This document shows positions 1-9,296 of a DNA stretch of 64,000 bases, piece by piece. Made by a program: the position numbers and the translations under genes. How positions within the stretch are numbered: the first letter of the stretch is position 1; the number at the start of each line of letters is the position of its first letter. The notes under the pieces were generated by a model. The model saw only the letters and a list, made by a program, of their open reading frames with translations, ran no database searches and was not told the origin of the DNA. The stretch is from Phototrophicaceae bacterium (GTDB lineage Bacteria > Chloroflexota > Anaerolineae > Aggregatilineales > Phototrophicaceae), in NCBI GenBank assembly GCA_965230145.1, contig OZ245943.1, positions 162,643 to 226,642 of the forward strand. Direction: 5' to 3'.

Positions 1-316
1 CATTGATGCAGATTTTGAAACGACCATAATTACTTTAGAGCATTCTGTGAACAGAGCTATAGCAAATGCCTCTCCTGTAAAAACCACTGTAAGTAACAAG
101 GCTGAATTATATGCAAAAGGACTTGAACCACTATCTGACCGTGAATTAGAAGTGTTAGGTCTTATTGCAACAGGCATGACAAATCAAGACATTGCGGATC
201 AATTAATCGTAACTGTGGGTACAGTTAAATCGCATACCCACAGCATTTATAGCAAACTTGGTGTCAGAAATCGAACGCAGGCACTCAAAATCGCCAACGA
301 CCACAACCTACTCTAA
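1..316 (+). CDS. LuxR/GerE-family regulator, C-terminal HTH domain only (5' part lies upstream of the window)
   Basis: The frame is open from nt 2 to the TAA at 314-316. LSDRELEVLGLIATGMTNQDIADQLIVTVGTVKSHTHSIYSKLGVRNRTQA is a canonical GerE/LuxR helix-turn-helix. Confidence 0.85.
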   Translation, partial: IDADFETTIITLEHSVNRAIANASPVKTTVSNKAELYAKGLEPLSDRELEVLGLIATGMTNQDIADQLIVTVGTVKSHTHSIYSKLGVRNRTQALKIANDHNLL

Positions 317-320
317 CGTT

Positions 321-1058
321 TTAACGAACTTTTCGGGCAATCATAATATGCTGGTCAGATTGATCGTTAAGCCACTCGACATCCTCTACGCCTGCTCGGG
401 CTAAACCTAAGCTAATCTCGGCACATCGCCACGCACGATGCTCATGCTGATTGTGTGTAACGGTCGGCAAACTTATATGATCATCAATATGATAGTGAGT
501 TTCTGTATATTCATATCCATTTCCATGCCAATCTCGCACAATAACATGTAAATGACGACCCGTATCATCGTCGGTGATACGAGGTTGTAGGACACGCTTT
601 TTCACGCGCCATAATTCATCGAAATCAGCAGGGGTAACGATTAGTAGTCCATTCGGTCGGATAAGGGTAGAAAGCTTCTCGCAGATTTCTTGTAGCTCTG
701 TATCTGTCCGAAGTTCCGTAAATACCACACCATCTACTAAAACAACATCAAACGCTTGATGCATTTCATGACTTAAATTGAGTAATGCTCGTGTCTTACA
801 TTTTAGTGAACCATCAAACATCTTAATATAGGGTTCTAGCTGTTTGGTGGCGATTGGGTCACTATTTACAGCATAGACCTCATATCCCACCAGTGCCATT
901 CCAACAGGGCTAAGGTCACGCCTACAATCATATGTGAGCAAACGTAACGGTAAATGCAACTTCTTTGATGTGATAAGGCTTTTTAGTCTATGGGCTATCC
1001 TCAAAACGCTGATTTCCTGACTAGAGGACATATAAGAACTATTTGCAGTTTGTGTCAC
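321..1058 (-). CDS. Class I SAM-dependent methyltransferase-fold protein with an atypical glycine-loop motif
   Basis: 245-aa ORF with the overall methyltransferase layout (..YEVYAVNSDP.., FDVVLVDGVV, LIRPNGLLIV). The usual D/E-x-G-x-G-x-G motif I position reads LLTYDCRRDLSP. It is convergent with the LuxR gene, with a 4-nt gap. Confidence 0.5.
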   Translation of the reverse strand: MTQTANSSYMSSSQEISVLRIAHRLKSLITSKKLHLPLRLLTYDCRRDLSPVGMALVGYEVYAVNSDPIATKQLEPYIKMFDGSLKCKTRALLNLSHEMHQAFDVVLVDGVVFTELRTDTELQEICEKLSTLIRPNGLLIVTPADFDELWRVKKRVLQPRITDDDTGRHLHVIVRDWHGNGYEYTETHYHIDDHISLPTVTHNQHEHRAWRCAEISLGLARAGVEDVEWLNDQSDQHIMIARKVR

Positions 1059-1278
1059 AGGTACTCCTAAATTCTATGAGTTCAAATTCATCTTACTTTA
1101 CTCTCCAAAATCTTGTCTATAACTAAAGTTATATTTTTCTCAATCAACCCTTCAATCTAACTTTCGCTAGATGATCGCTCTAATGCATTTTGATACTGTG
1201 TTATTCGTTTGATGCAGACAGCAATTAACAACAACTGCATTCTTAAGTAATTAGGGTAATCAGGAAGGAAAGTTAAGA

Positions 1279-1719
1279 ATGGCTCAAAAGCCGAACACTA
1301 TTGAAGAAAGTGGAATACTAATTCCCAATGAAATAAAGCAAGCCTTTTGGAATCAACTGACCAGTTATGTACCCGAAGGCTACGACAATGTTTTGCCATT
1401 AGGTGTCTACACACTCTGTAAACGATTTACTCATATGGAGGATATAGGTGTGAAGACGGTCATAGCTAACCAAATCAGAGGATGCGTTGGACTCAGTAAT
1501 GATTTTGACAAATCAATTATGCAACGCCAGCAATCTCTTCAAAATTTCTCCGCAAGCGAAGAGTTTTTTCAAACTGCAAATTCAGCAATTACTACATTGC
1601 TAAAGATTGAGAATATCTACTTTGTCTTGGGTGGTCAGGATTGTATTCCTATCGCATCCATACATAACCAAGAGCCTATTCAAGCTCACATTATTGAAGT
1701 CTTAGAAAATGAAATCTAG
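1279..1719 (+). CDS. Small ParB/Srx-fold-like protein, degenerate paralog (no DGHHR motif)
   Basis: Aligns over about 100 aa with ORF 2191-2658 (GVKTV..I.G...LSNDFDKS...ENIYFVLGGQDCIPIASIH). The arginine-patch motif is replaced by GGQDC. Confidence 0.55.
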   Translation: MAQKPNTIEESGILIPNEIKQAFWNQLTSYVPEGYDNVLPLGVYTLCKRFTHMEDIGVKTVIANQIRGCVGLSNDFDKSIMQRQQSLQNFSASEEFFQTANSAITTLLKIENIYFVLGGQDCIPIASIHNQEPIQAHIIEVLENEI

Positions 1720-1771
1720 CCATTCATGGCAAATAAATTAACAACCACATCAATAGTAGAGAAGAGATGCA

Positions 1772-2194
1772 GTGCAAATGCCAACAGAAAATCTAGTAAA
1801 TGCAATGATCGACGAAAGACGACGCGAAGCTAAACGACAAACTACAGTACAAGAAGCAAAACGCCTAGCAAAAATTGCGCGCTGTACTAAATCCAAGAAA
1901 GCTGAATCTGAAACGCGGTTTTGGAAAATGTTTATGGTGTATATCTTGCGGATTATGGATTACTTGTGGCAAATGCTACTTGGCTACGCAAGCTATAGAA
2001 CACAGGGTGCAAACCTGCCATATGACGCACCAAAACCAGTGGAAGACCTTAATCAAGGGAACACTGTCAATATTTCAACCAAAGAGCAAGTTCTTCCAAA
2101 ACAAAGTCACACAGACGAACGCATCGCTCACCGTAACACACTGGTTGAAGCAACACGCCAGACCAAAAAGATGCAAGGAAAAGAGGTCGCGTGA
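1772..2194 (+). CDS. Hypothetical small protein with an Arg/Lys-rich N-terminal helix and a hydrophobic segment
   Basis: ORF with a GTG start at 1772 (ATG at 1778). The N-terminus reads DERRREAKRQTTVQEAKRLAKIAR, followed by FWKMFMVYILRIMDYLWQMLLGY. Its stop overlaps the next start in GTGA. Confidence 0.5.
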   Translation: MQMPTENLVNAMIDERRREAKRQTTVQEAKRLAKIARCTKSKKAESETRFWKMFMVYILRIMDYLWQMLLGYASYRTQGANLPYDAPKPVEDLNQGNTVNISTKEQVLPKQSHTDERIAHRNTLVEATRQTKKMQGKEVA

Positions 2195-2658
2195 TTCAGT
2201 TCATTCTCGCGGGCAACTACCTGCAATGTAATCAAACGGAACGTGTTGATCGAGATTACCAGTTAGCTGTAATGAAAGGTAATTGGAACAAGGTTAGCAG
2301 TTGGGCGAAGGCTGAAAACAATACCTTATTATCGCTTGACGAGTATTTAAGTTGCCATCGCATAACAGAAAGTTCGGATGGAGGCGTACAAACAGTGGGC
2401 ATTGATGCCATTAAAGGTAGCCTCAATCGTAGTCAAGACTTTGATAAGGCTTTCATGCCACTTCAGAAACACACACGGGAAAGATGGATGAATGTCGATT
2501 ATGCCTATCATCATAACAAGGCATTGCTTCCAGTGACTTTGAGGAAGGTTGGTGAGATTTATTTCGTTGTTGACGGTCACCATCGAATTTCTGTAGCCAG
2601 CCTACACGGACAGACCTTCATTGATGCCTACATAACAAACATTGAGGTTGATGAGTAA
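2191..2658 (+). CDS. ParB N-terminal-domain-like protein (DGHHR motif intact)
   Basis: GEIYFVVDGHHRISVASLHG matches the ParB/sulfiredoxin-fold GxxR arginine-patch motif, preceded by a RSQDFDKAFMP block. At 155 aa it has no HTH or dimerisation domain. Confidence 0.7.
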   Translation: MIQFILAGNYLQCNQTERVDRDYQLAVMKGNWNKVSSWAKAENNTLLSLDEYLSCHRITESSDGGVQTVGIDAIKGSLNRSQDFDKAFMPLQKHTRERWMNVDYAYHHNKALLPVTLRKVGEIYFVVDGHHRISVASLHGQTFIDAYITNIEVDE

Positions 2659-2744
2659 TTCTATAGATATTACGTAGATTATAAGTCTACTGAGAACGTT
2701 ACAACTAAGAACAAACACACACACACATAATAGGGAGTAAAATC

Positions 2745-3092
2745 ATGCACCATTTATCACACTATGTTATCGAATCAATTACAAAACAACGCCAACTAGA
2801 CAATCAACGTCGAATGGAGAATATTCGCTTGGTGAAACTAGCACGTCTACAAAATAACGATAGTCTGGTGAGCCGCCTTAAAAAGCTGTTGAAACGTTAT
2901 TTAGTTAGTTCACCTAAAAGAATGAAGGTCGATCCATCTGAAAATGAGCTAATTAGCGCAGAGATGCTTGGTTTATCAGTAGAACAATTACGCCATTTAG
3001 AAGCAAAACGCCTATTCTATGAACGCATCATGAGAGGCAACGCGCTTGTTGAAACCGAATATCATATTAGTAAACTTCAAGGGGGTAGATAG
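2745..3092 (+). CDS. Hypothetical small protein with an Arg/Lys-rich N-terminal helix (paralog-like of 1772-2194)
   Basis: The N-terminus KQRQLDNQRRMENIRLVKLAR resembles that of ORF 1772-2194. An AGGGAG Shine-Dalgarno lies 8 nt upstream of the ATG. Confidence 0.5.
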   Translation: MHHLSHYVIESITKQRQLDNQRRMENIRLVKLARLQNNDSLVSRLKKLLKRYLVSSPKRMKVDPSENELISAEMLGLSVEQLRHLEAKRLFYERIMRGNALVETEYHISKLQGGR

Positions 3093-3097
3093 TAAAA

Positions 3098-4003
3098 ATG
3101 TTGACTATCTTAAACAGCTATATGAAACGGAATCAATCAATACAAGTTGAAAAGAACTTGCGCGACATACTATCGTGGTTGTTTCTCCTAACCACAGGAG
3201 TCATCGTATCCGCTATTGGTGTGGCAGCCTTTCTCGTACCTTCTGGTGTCGCAGGTCCCGGCGTATTAGGGATTGCAACAATTATGAACCATCTATGGGC
3301 AACACCAGTAGGTTTATTCACCTTAATTGCGAACATCCCGATTCAGATTCTCGGTTATCGTTATCTAGGAGGTGCTAAAGCAGTATTAGGAACAGTTTAC
3401 TATATCGTTGTGTTTTCAATCGTAGTTGACTTTCTCATTCCTATTTTTGAGCACGGCTTAATCGATAACATATTAATGGCGGCAATTTTCGGTGGTGTCC
3501 TCAATGGGCTTGGTGGTGGTCTCGTCTATCGGGCTGAAGGAACAATGGGTGGAACATCAACCTTGGCACGCATTCTTCAGCTTAAATTGGGTGCGCCACT
3601 TGCAACAACAAGTCTCTACACGGATACCTTGATTGCAATTGCGGCTGGCATTGTCTTTGGTTGGGAAGCCGCGCTAGCTGCCATCATCACACTTTTTCTG
3701 ACAGGACTGGCATCTGATTATGTACTGGAAGGACCGAGTGTTGTCCGTACTGCCATGATTGTGACCGATAAACCTACGATGCTAGAGAAAGCAATCGGAC
3801 AATCCTTAAAGCGTGGCACAACCAAATGGTATAGCGAGACCGGACTTCATCATCAAGCACATGGTGTACTCTTCGTGACTGTTTCGCGTCCTGAAACACG
3901 CCAACTTACCGAAATTGTTTCTACCATCGACCCAGAAGCATTTGTTGTTATCAGTCAAGGACAAACTGCCTTCGGACGTGGTTTCAAACCAATACGACAC
4001 TAA
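3098..4003 (+). CDS. YitT-family membrane protein (C-terminal DUF2179-like domain)
   Basis: Several TM helices (PSGVAGPGVLGIATIM.., ANIPIQILGYRYLGG) plus a soluble C-terminal domain (MIVTDKP...RGTT...VLFVTVSRPE...DPEAFVVISQGQTAFGRGF). Confidence 0.7.
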   Translation: MLTILNSYMKRNQSIQVEKNLRDILSWLFLLTTGVIVSAIGVAAFLVPSGVAGPGVLGIATIMNHLWATPVGLFTLIANIPIQILGYRYLGGAKAVLGTVYYIVVFSIVVDFLIPIFEHGLIDNILMAAIFGGVLNGLGGGLVYRAEGTMGGTSTLARILQLKLGAPLATTSLYTDTLIAIAAGIVFGWEAALAAIITLFLTGLASDYVLEGPSVVRTAMIVTDKPTMLEKAIGQSLKRGTTKWYSETGLHHQAHGVLFVTVSRPETRQLTEIVSTIDPEAFVVISQGQTAFGRGFKPIRH

Positions 4004-4212
4004 CACATTCCTAGATGGCGCTTGTAATGAGCAGTATCAAGCGCCTCATGCAACGTAGGACAATGAAATAAGGATTAGACACTTATTGGTTCAATCCTTT
4101 AACGCTTTAGAAACTAAGACTACCTTGCTAAAGAAATTAAGATGCAGGGTTTTGTAACGAGTGCAAGCTCATAAACAACACAAACAATCGAGACAGATAT
4201 AGGGAATATCAG

Positions 4213-5559
4213 ATGAAAAATGTAATTGCAAAACAAGCCATTGTTATTGGTGGTAGCATTGCTGGCTTATGTACTGCACAAGCATTAACACCTTATTTTG
4301 AAACAGTAATAATGGTAGAGCGAGATAATAATCCAAATTCTTATATACCTCGTAAAACCGTTCCTCAAAGCCATCATGCACATCTCTTGTTGCAAGGTGG
4401 TGAAGAAGCACTCAATTCTCTGTTCCCAAGTTTAACTCAGGATTTAATTAAGTGCGGCTCACAACAGATTGATTTCAGCAGAGATGCCCGCTGGTATCAT
4501 GCTGGTGCTTGGAAGATGCGCTACAAAAGCGGTTTTGAAGTGCTAGTCCAATCGCGCCCTATGCTGGAACAAGTTATCCGTAGACGGGTCAACCAGTTGG
4601 ATAACATCGAATTCTATTTCGGCTATCAAGTTGAACAGTTTAAGCTCAGTGATGACAACAAAGCCGTGACAGGTGTTGTCCTACAAAGTATGGAAGATCG
4701 TTTTGAGAAAATTATGCTGGATGCTGACCTTGTTGTGGATGCTAGTGGACGTGGTTCAAAAACACCACAATGGCTTGAAAAATCTGGCTTTACCGCACCT
4801 CAAGAAACTGAATTGAAGATTGACTTATCCTATAGTACCCGCATGTATAAGATGCCCGAAAATCACAAATTTGATTTCAAGGTAATGGTGATTAATCCAC
4901 TTGCTCCAAATATCTTACGGGCTGGCTATATCCTTCCTGTTGAGAATAATAAGGTGTTAGTGACTTATGCCGCCTATTCTGGTGATAAGACACCGCAGGA
5001 TAATGAATCCTTCAAAGACTATGCAAAAGGTCTTGCCCAACCGGACCTTTATGAAGCTATTAAAGACCTTGAACCTATGACTGATGTGAAATGCTACACG
5101 CTATCAAAAACTTGCCGTCGTCATTACGAAAAACTCGATGATATGCCAAACCGTTTGCTGGTATTGGGCGATGCTGTTGCCTACTTTAATCCTGTTTTTG
5201 GTCAAGGGATGAGTGTGGCAGCAATATCGGCACAGACCCTCGCAGAGATGCTAAAAATAGAACAGAAAGCAACCCTTGCAACACTGGGTAAACGCTTCCA
5301 AAAAGAAGTTGCCTCTGTTATTGAAGTGCCTTGGATGCTAGGCAGTACAGAAGATTTCCGCTACCCAAATACTATTGGTGAGAAAGCACCGATTGTGTCC
5401 TTTATGCACTGGTACTCACAACACATCTATGAGCTATCAGCTACGGATACGAAGGTCTTTAATTCCTTTGCGAAGGTTCTCCATATGCGTATGGGTGCAG
5501 AGGCTCTGTTCTCGCCCACTATTGCATGGAAAGTTATCAAGCACGCCTTCACAAATTAA
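4213..5559 (+). CDS. FAD-dependent oxidoreductase/monooxygenase
   Basis: N-terminal dinucleotide-binding motif VIGGSIAGLCTA, DLVVDASGRGS, and the LGDAVAYFNPVFGQGMS motif typical of flavin monooxygenases. Confidence 0.75.
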   Translation: MKNVIAKQAIVIGGSIAGLCTAQALTPYFETVIMVERDNNPNSYIPRKTVPQSHHAHLLLQGGEEALNSLFPSLTQDLIKCGSQQIDFSRDARWYHAGAWKMRYKSGFEVLVQSRPMLEQVIRRRVNQLDNIEFYFGYQVEQFKLSDDNKAVTGVVLQSMEDRFEKIMLDADLVVDASGRGSKTPQWLEKSGFTAPQETELKIDLSYSTRMYKMPENHKFDFKVMVINPLAPNILRAGYILPVENNKVLVTYAAYSGDKTPQDNESFKDYAKGLAQPDLYEAIKDLEPMTDVKCYTLSKTCRRHYEKLDDMPNRLLVLGDAVAYFNPVFGQGMSVAAISAQTLAEMLKIEQKATLATLGKRFQKEVASVIEVPWMLGSTEDFRYPNTIGEKAPIVSFMHWYSQHIYELSATDTKVFNSFAKVLHMRMGAEALFSPTIAWKVIKHAFTN

Positions 5560-5655
5560 ATAATCTATCAATGGTGTATTTTTCCTAATCTGGTGCAAAT
5601 ATTCAATATTTATCCAGATATGCCCAAACTGACTAGACCAAGTAAAGTCAATAAC

Positions 5656-5680
5656 AAGCCCCTTTTCTGGGGCTTTTTTG
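5656..5680 (+). terminator. Rho-independent terminator of the FAD-oxidoreductase gene
   Basis: AGCCCC-ttttct-GGGGCT stem-loop followed by TTTTT. Confidence 0.7.
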
Positions 5681-5689
5681 GCTAAGATG

Positions 5690-6000
5690 TCAGGAGGTCA
5701 AGCCAGCAGGTCCTCCACCGACGATAATCACATCGTAGATTTTGCTATCATCATCTTGGCTGACACCCGTTTGCTCTGCCATTTCAGCATTGCTCGGTTC
5801 GACTTGGATTGTGCCATCAGGATAAATGATGGTTGGGATACTGCGATTGCCCTGATTGACTTTTTCATCATAGGCAATGGCTTCATCGTTGTCGGTAATA
5901 TCAATCCATTCATAGGGGATGCGATGTTCGCCGAAAAATTGCTTTGCCCGAGGCAATCAGGACACTAGTTCGCACCGTAGATGATAATTTTATCGCTCAT
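5690..6000 (-). pseudogene. Remnant of a glutaredoxin-like/thioredoxin-reductase fusion gene (nonsense codon, frameshift and 3' truncation)
   Basis: The minus strand from the ATG at 6000 reads MSDKIIIYGAN-TAG-CPDC. The frame then slips by 1 nt into ..PRAKQFFGEHRIPYEWIDI...IPTIIYPDGT...YDVIIVGGGPAGLTS-stop. Only about 15 aa of the flavoprotein domain remain. Confidence 0.7.
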
Positions 6001-6560
6001 TCATCCACCTTATTTGTTAATCGCGGGTATATATTCCAGACGTATGACTGCCTTATCTTCCCTCAGCATCTTGGGATGTGCAGTTGTAAGAGTTACAGCC
6101 TCACTTTTTACGCTATGACATTAAATCGTATCAGCCTTAGCCATTTGACTATTATGACAATTCCAGTGTTTGTTTTAGGTTAAAAATCGCGTGATTTTAT
6201 TGCGCGAGAACGCAACAAAATAGAAAAAATTTTGAGCGAAAAATAAAAGCATTTGCACCCAATCTCCCTCTAAATCTCCCCCACTGTGTAGGGGAAACTT
6301 GAATGAATTCTATGGGATTAGCGCAATTTGGGCGTGACATGATGTGTATCATTTTCTATTTTATGTTCGATAGTTTGGCTGGTGAACAGAGTATAGCTTA
6401 GTTTATCTGGCAGATGTTGTTCATATGACCGTTGATAGTCCCGTTGATATGACTTTTCATATGTACAGGGCATTTTTGGGGTAATGTGAAAAAGTTTTAT
6501 TGCGCTTTTTGGTTAGGTATGGGTTAGCAAGAACAGTAAAAGTGAGTGCTAATAAGGAAC

Positions 6561-6595
6561 GAACCACAGAGACCCAAAGGCACAAAGAAAAGAAG
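6561..6595 (+). repeat. Solo copy of the CACAGAG/CACAAAG-type ~32-nt repeat
   Basis: GAACCACAGAGACCCAAAGGCACAAAGAAAAGAAG is near-identical to the inverted repeats flanking the GxxExxY gene at 22921 and 23390. Confidence 0.75.
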
Positions 6596-6654
6596 AATTA
6601 TTGTTGGGTTGATTGATTCGTAGGCGAGCAATATGTGCTATAAAATCTCTTTAA

Positions 6655-7896
6655 TTACTCAGTAACATCAGAAAAACGAACAATTATCCCACCTACTAAT
6701 ACCAAACCATTTTCAGCCATCTGATTTATTTGCCCGTTGTTGATATTACTATGGGGAACAAGTGACAGTTCGTCAAGCAAGATAAAGTTTTCATTTGTAT
6801 TTCCATAATAAACGATTTGCTTATTATTATCTCCCTGAGATGATATAGCTATCAAATCGTCAGTTTGTGGTATTGAAATTACAACCGTCGGTACTATTTC
6901 ATTGTCATTTTCTAAAGTAAATATAAGTGGCTGTACACTTAATTCACGTATTTGAACAGAAAAAATTTGTTGTTTCAAAACTTGATTTTGTTCTGAATCC
7001 GATGCCTCTTGAAAGCCAACAGGATTTATCAATATCGTGTCGTTATCATGCCATCTAAGATTTGTAAACTCAGTAAAATGCCATGAATCAACTCCAGTAT
7101 CTCGCTGTTCATCAAATTGCATTAGCGATATTACTTCACTAAATTCTTGAGTCTCGGTATTGAAAACCCATATAGCATTATTTGAACTGCTACCTTCGAC
7201 ATCTGCGAGTATCATTGCAATTTCGTTTCCATCTGGCGAGAAATCAGCTATACCGAAAAAAATTGTGTGATTAGTTGGTAAACTTTGTACTAATTCGATA
7301 GTACTGTCCTGAACAGATGCTTTATAGATACCTTCAACTCTTAAAACCCCGTTATTATCAGGTGTCGCGCGAAAGAAATAAATATGTTGTGAAAGCGCAT
7401 CCCACATAGGTGTAAAATCAACAACCATATTAGAATCTGGCGCGAGCGGATTATATCTACCGATAACATTATCATCTGTTAAATTCAAAAACTCCTGTGA
7501 GTCAATGCTATAGAGCCAAATATCAGTGTCATATGTAGGATTTGTGAACGGATATTTTGCAATCGCGAGGTTCTTCTCGTCATAAGACCATTCAAGCGAC
7601 ATAAATGCTATATTTGAAAAAGTGCTGGCATAGTCATCTTCCCATGGAAGAATAACGCATGAATTTTCTTCATTAGCAAATTCATAGATGCAAAGTTGCT
7701 CATCGGTTAGATACCCTAAATAATTTCCTGTTGGCGACAGTGAAAATTTATCGTGGAAAATATCAATGGTGTTCAAATCGGGTAAGGATATTATCTCAGT
7801 AGATATGTCCTGTGAATTTGATTCACTTGAAATGAAAAATAAAATGATACAAATAAGTATACTTATATGCCTCAACATTAAAGCCTCACCTTTCAT
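6655..7896 (-). CDS. Secreted beta-propeller-like protein (PD40/TolB-like repeats), paralog 1
   Basis: Signal-peptide-like N-terminus (LRHISILICIILFFISS) and recurring SPTGN/SPDGN-type strands. Clear similarity to ORF 8005-9246 (LCIYEFANEENSCVILPWEDDY vs MCIYDVENGMSYCNALPWGDTY). Confidence 0.55.
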   Translation of the reverse strand: MKGEALMLRHISILICIILFFISSESNSQDISTEIISLPDLNTIDIFHDKFSLSPTGNYLGYLTDEQLCIYEFANEENSCVILPWEDDYASTFSNIAFMSLEWSYDEKNLAIAKYPFTNPTYDTDIWLYSIDSQEFLNLTDDNVIGRYNPLAPDSNMVVDFTPMWDALSQHIYFFRATPDNNGVLRVEGIYKASVQDSTIELVQSLPTNHTIFFGIADFSPDGNEIAMILADVEGSSSNNAIWVFNTETQEFSEVISLMQFDEQRDTGVDSWHFTEFTNLRWHDNDTILINPVGFQEASDSEQNQVLKQQIFSVQIRELSVQPLIFTLENDNEIVPTVVISIPQTDDLIAISSQGDNNKQIVYYGNTNENFILLDELSLVPHSNINNGQINQMAENGLVLVGGIIVRFSDVTE

Positions 7897-8004
7897 ATGT
7901 ATCTCGAATTAATATGGACAAGGGCTATTTTACACTCATCGTTATAGTGCGCTCCCCAACGTATTTTTTGGTCACGCTGATGCACGTAAGTATGAATATT
8001 AATT

Positions 8005-9246
8005 TTAAGGCATTGTAGGAAGTTCGATTAAAAGACCACCTGACAGAATAGTATTATTTTCTGTGATTTGAATAACTCGGTGACTAAATTGTGAACTTAG
8101 ATGCGGTAATTCTTCAATTAATTGGAATCCTTCTTGATTACTACCAAAATAAAGTGTTTGAATGTTGTTGTCAGGTTCAGCAACAATCATAAAGTACGGC
8201 TCTACTTGAGAGGAAACAAATAAAGAAACTGTGCCAGTTACTAAGTCTGACATCAATAAGTTTTGAGGTTCAATTATTTGAGGTTCGATTTCAAAGTTAA
8301 AGAACCAGTCTCGAAAATTGATAAGCCTTGAGTTCGTGTCTATGTCAAAACCCTGTACTGTTATATATAGTTGATTGTCATTTAACCATCTAATATCTGA
8401 TAGTGGTGTAAAACCGACTTCATCTACTTGTTCTGACAAAAACTCATAAAATGTATCTGGCAAAAGGGTGTATTCAATCGTATTTTCACTAATATTTAGC
8501 AACCATATTCCCGTGAATTCAGCATTTATCTCACTGCCACCTACTACCATAGCTATTGTTGTATTATCTGGTGAAAGACTTGCAGAATAGATGGGAGGTT
8601 TAAAGTCTGTAGTCAGGTCATATATAAGTTCAACAGAACCATCTACTATGGACACTCGATATAAACCAAACTCATTAAACCATAAACCTGTTTCCGCAGG
8701 ATAGGCTCTAAAAAAATAGATAAACTGAGACGAAGAATCCCATAGAGGCAAAAAATCGATAGGTACGTGCAATATCTCGGGGTCAGTTGCCGATTCCTCA
8801 AATGATACATAATAATCTTGTACATTATCATCTGTTAGGTTTCTGAATTCACGTCCGACTATATCATATAACCAAATATCACTATCCCAAGGTAGGCAAC
8901 ACAATGGGTATCGTGAAAATGCAATAAATTGTTCGCTATTATCCCACTCCAGATAAGTTTGACCTAGATTGTAAACTTCATTAGTGTATGTATCACCCCA
9001 AGGCAACGCATTACAATAAGACATCCCATTTTCTACATCATATATACACATATCATCATGGTTAATTACAGCTAATTTGTCTCCTGTTGGGGATAATTCA
9101 TATCTATCAAGTGATATATCTACATTTGCTATATCAGTCAGTAAATCATATTGAATACCAGTTTCTTCTTGAGGATGAACCATTATTTGTATCAAAAACA
9201 TCAAGAGGAATAAAATAAAAATATACCTTAGAATATTTTTGAACAT
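8005..9246 (-). CDS. Secreted beta-propeller-like protein, paralog 2
   Basis: I place the start at the ATG at 9246 (MFKNILRYIFILFLLMFLIQIM signal peptide). The longer ORF to 9318 would run into the conserved intergenic repeat. Confidence 0.55.
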   Translation of the reverse strand: MFKNILRYIFILFLLMFLIQIMVHPQEETGIQYDLLTDIANVDISLDRYELSPTGDKLAVINHDDMCIYDVENGMSYCNALPWGDTYTNEVYNLGQTYLEWDNSEQFIAFSRYPLCCLPWDSDIWLYDIVGREFRNLTDDNVQDYYVSFEESATDPEILHVPIDFLPLWDSSSQFIYFFRAYPAETGLWFNEFGLYRVSIVDGSVELIYDLTTDFKPPIYSASLSPDNTTIAMVVGGSEINAEFTGIWLLNISENTIEYTLLPDTFYEFLSEQVDEVGFTPLSDIRWLNDNQLYITVQGFDIDTNSRLINFRDWFFNFEIEPQIIEPQNLLMSDLVTGTVSLFVSSQVEPYFMIVAEPDNNIQTLYFGSNQEGFQLIEELPHLSSQFSHRVIQITENNTILSGGLLIELPTMP

Positions 9247-9296
9247 AGGAAATCGCTTCCTCCAGAACTCAGCACTTTTCACACCATTGTACATAT

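Noticed and set aside
2715-2727. (AC)6 dinucleotide run 18 nt upstream of ORF 2745-3092 as a phase-variation tract
   Set aside because: It is too short for appreciable slippage, lies outside any coding frame or obvious promoter spacer, and is a single occurrence.
5965-5967. In-frame TAG before CPDC as a possible recoding (pyrrolysine or read-through) site
   Set aside because: The same gene also has a 1-nt frameshift and has lost nearly its whole reductase domain, and no Pyl machinery is evident. Simple pseudogenisation explains everything.
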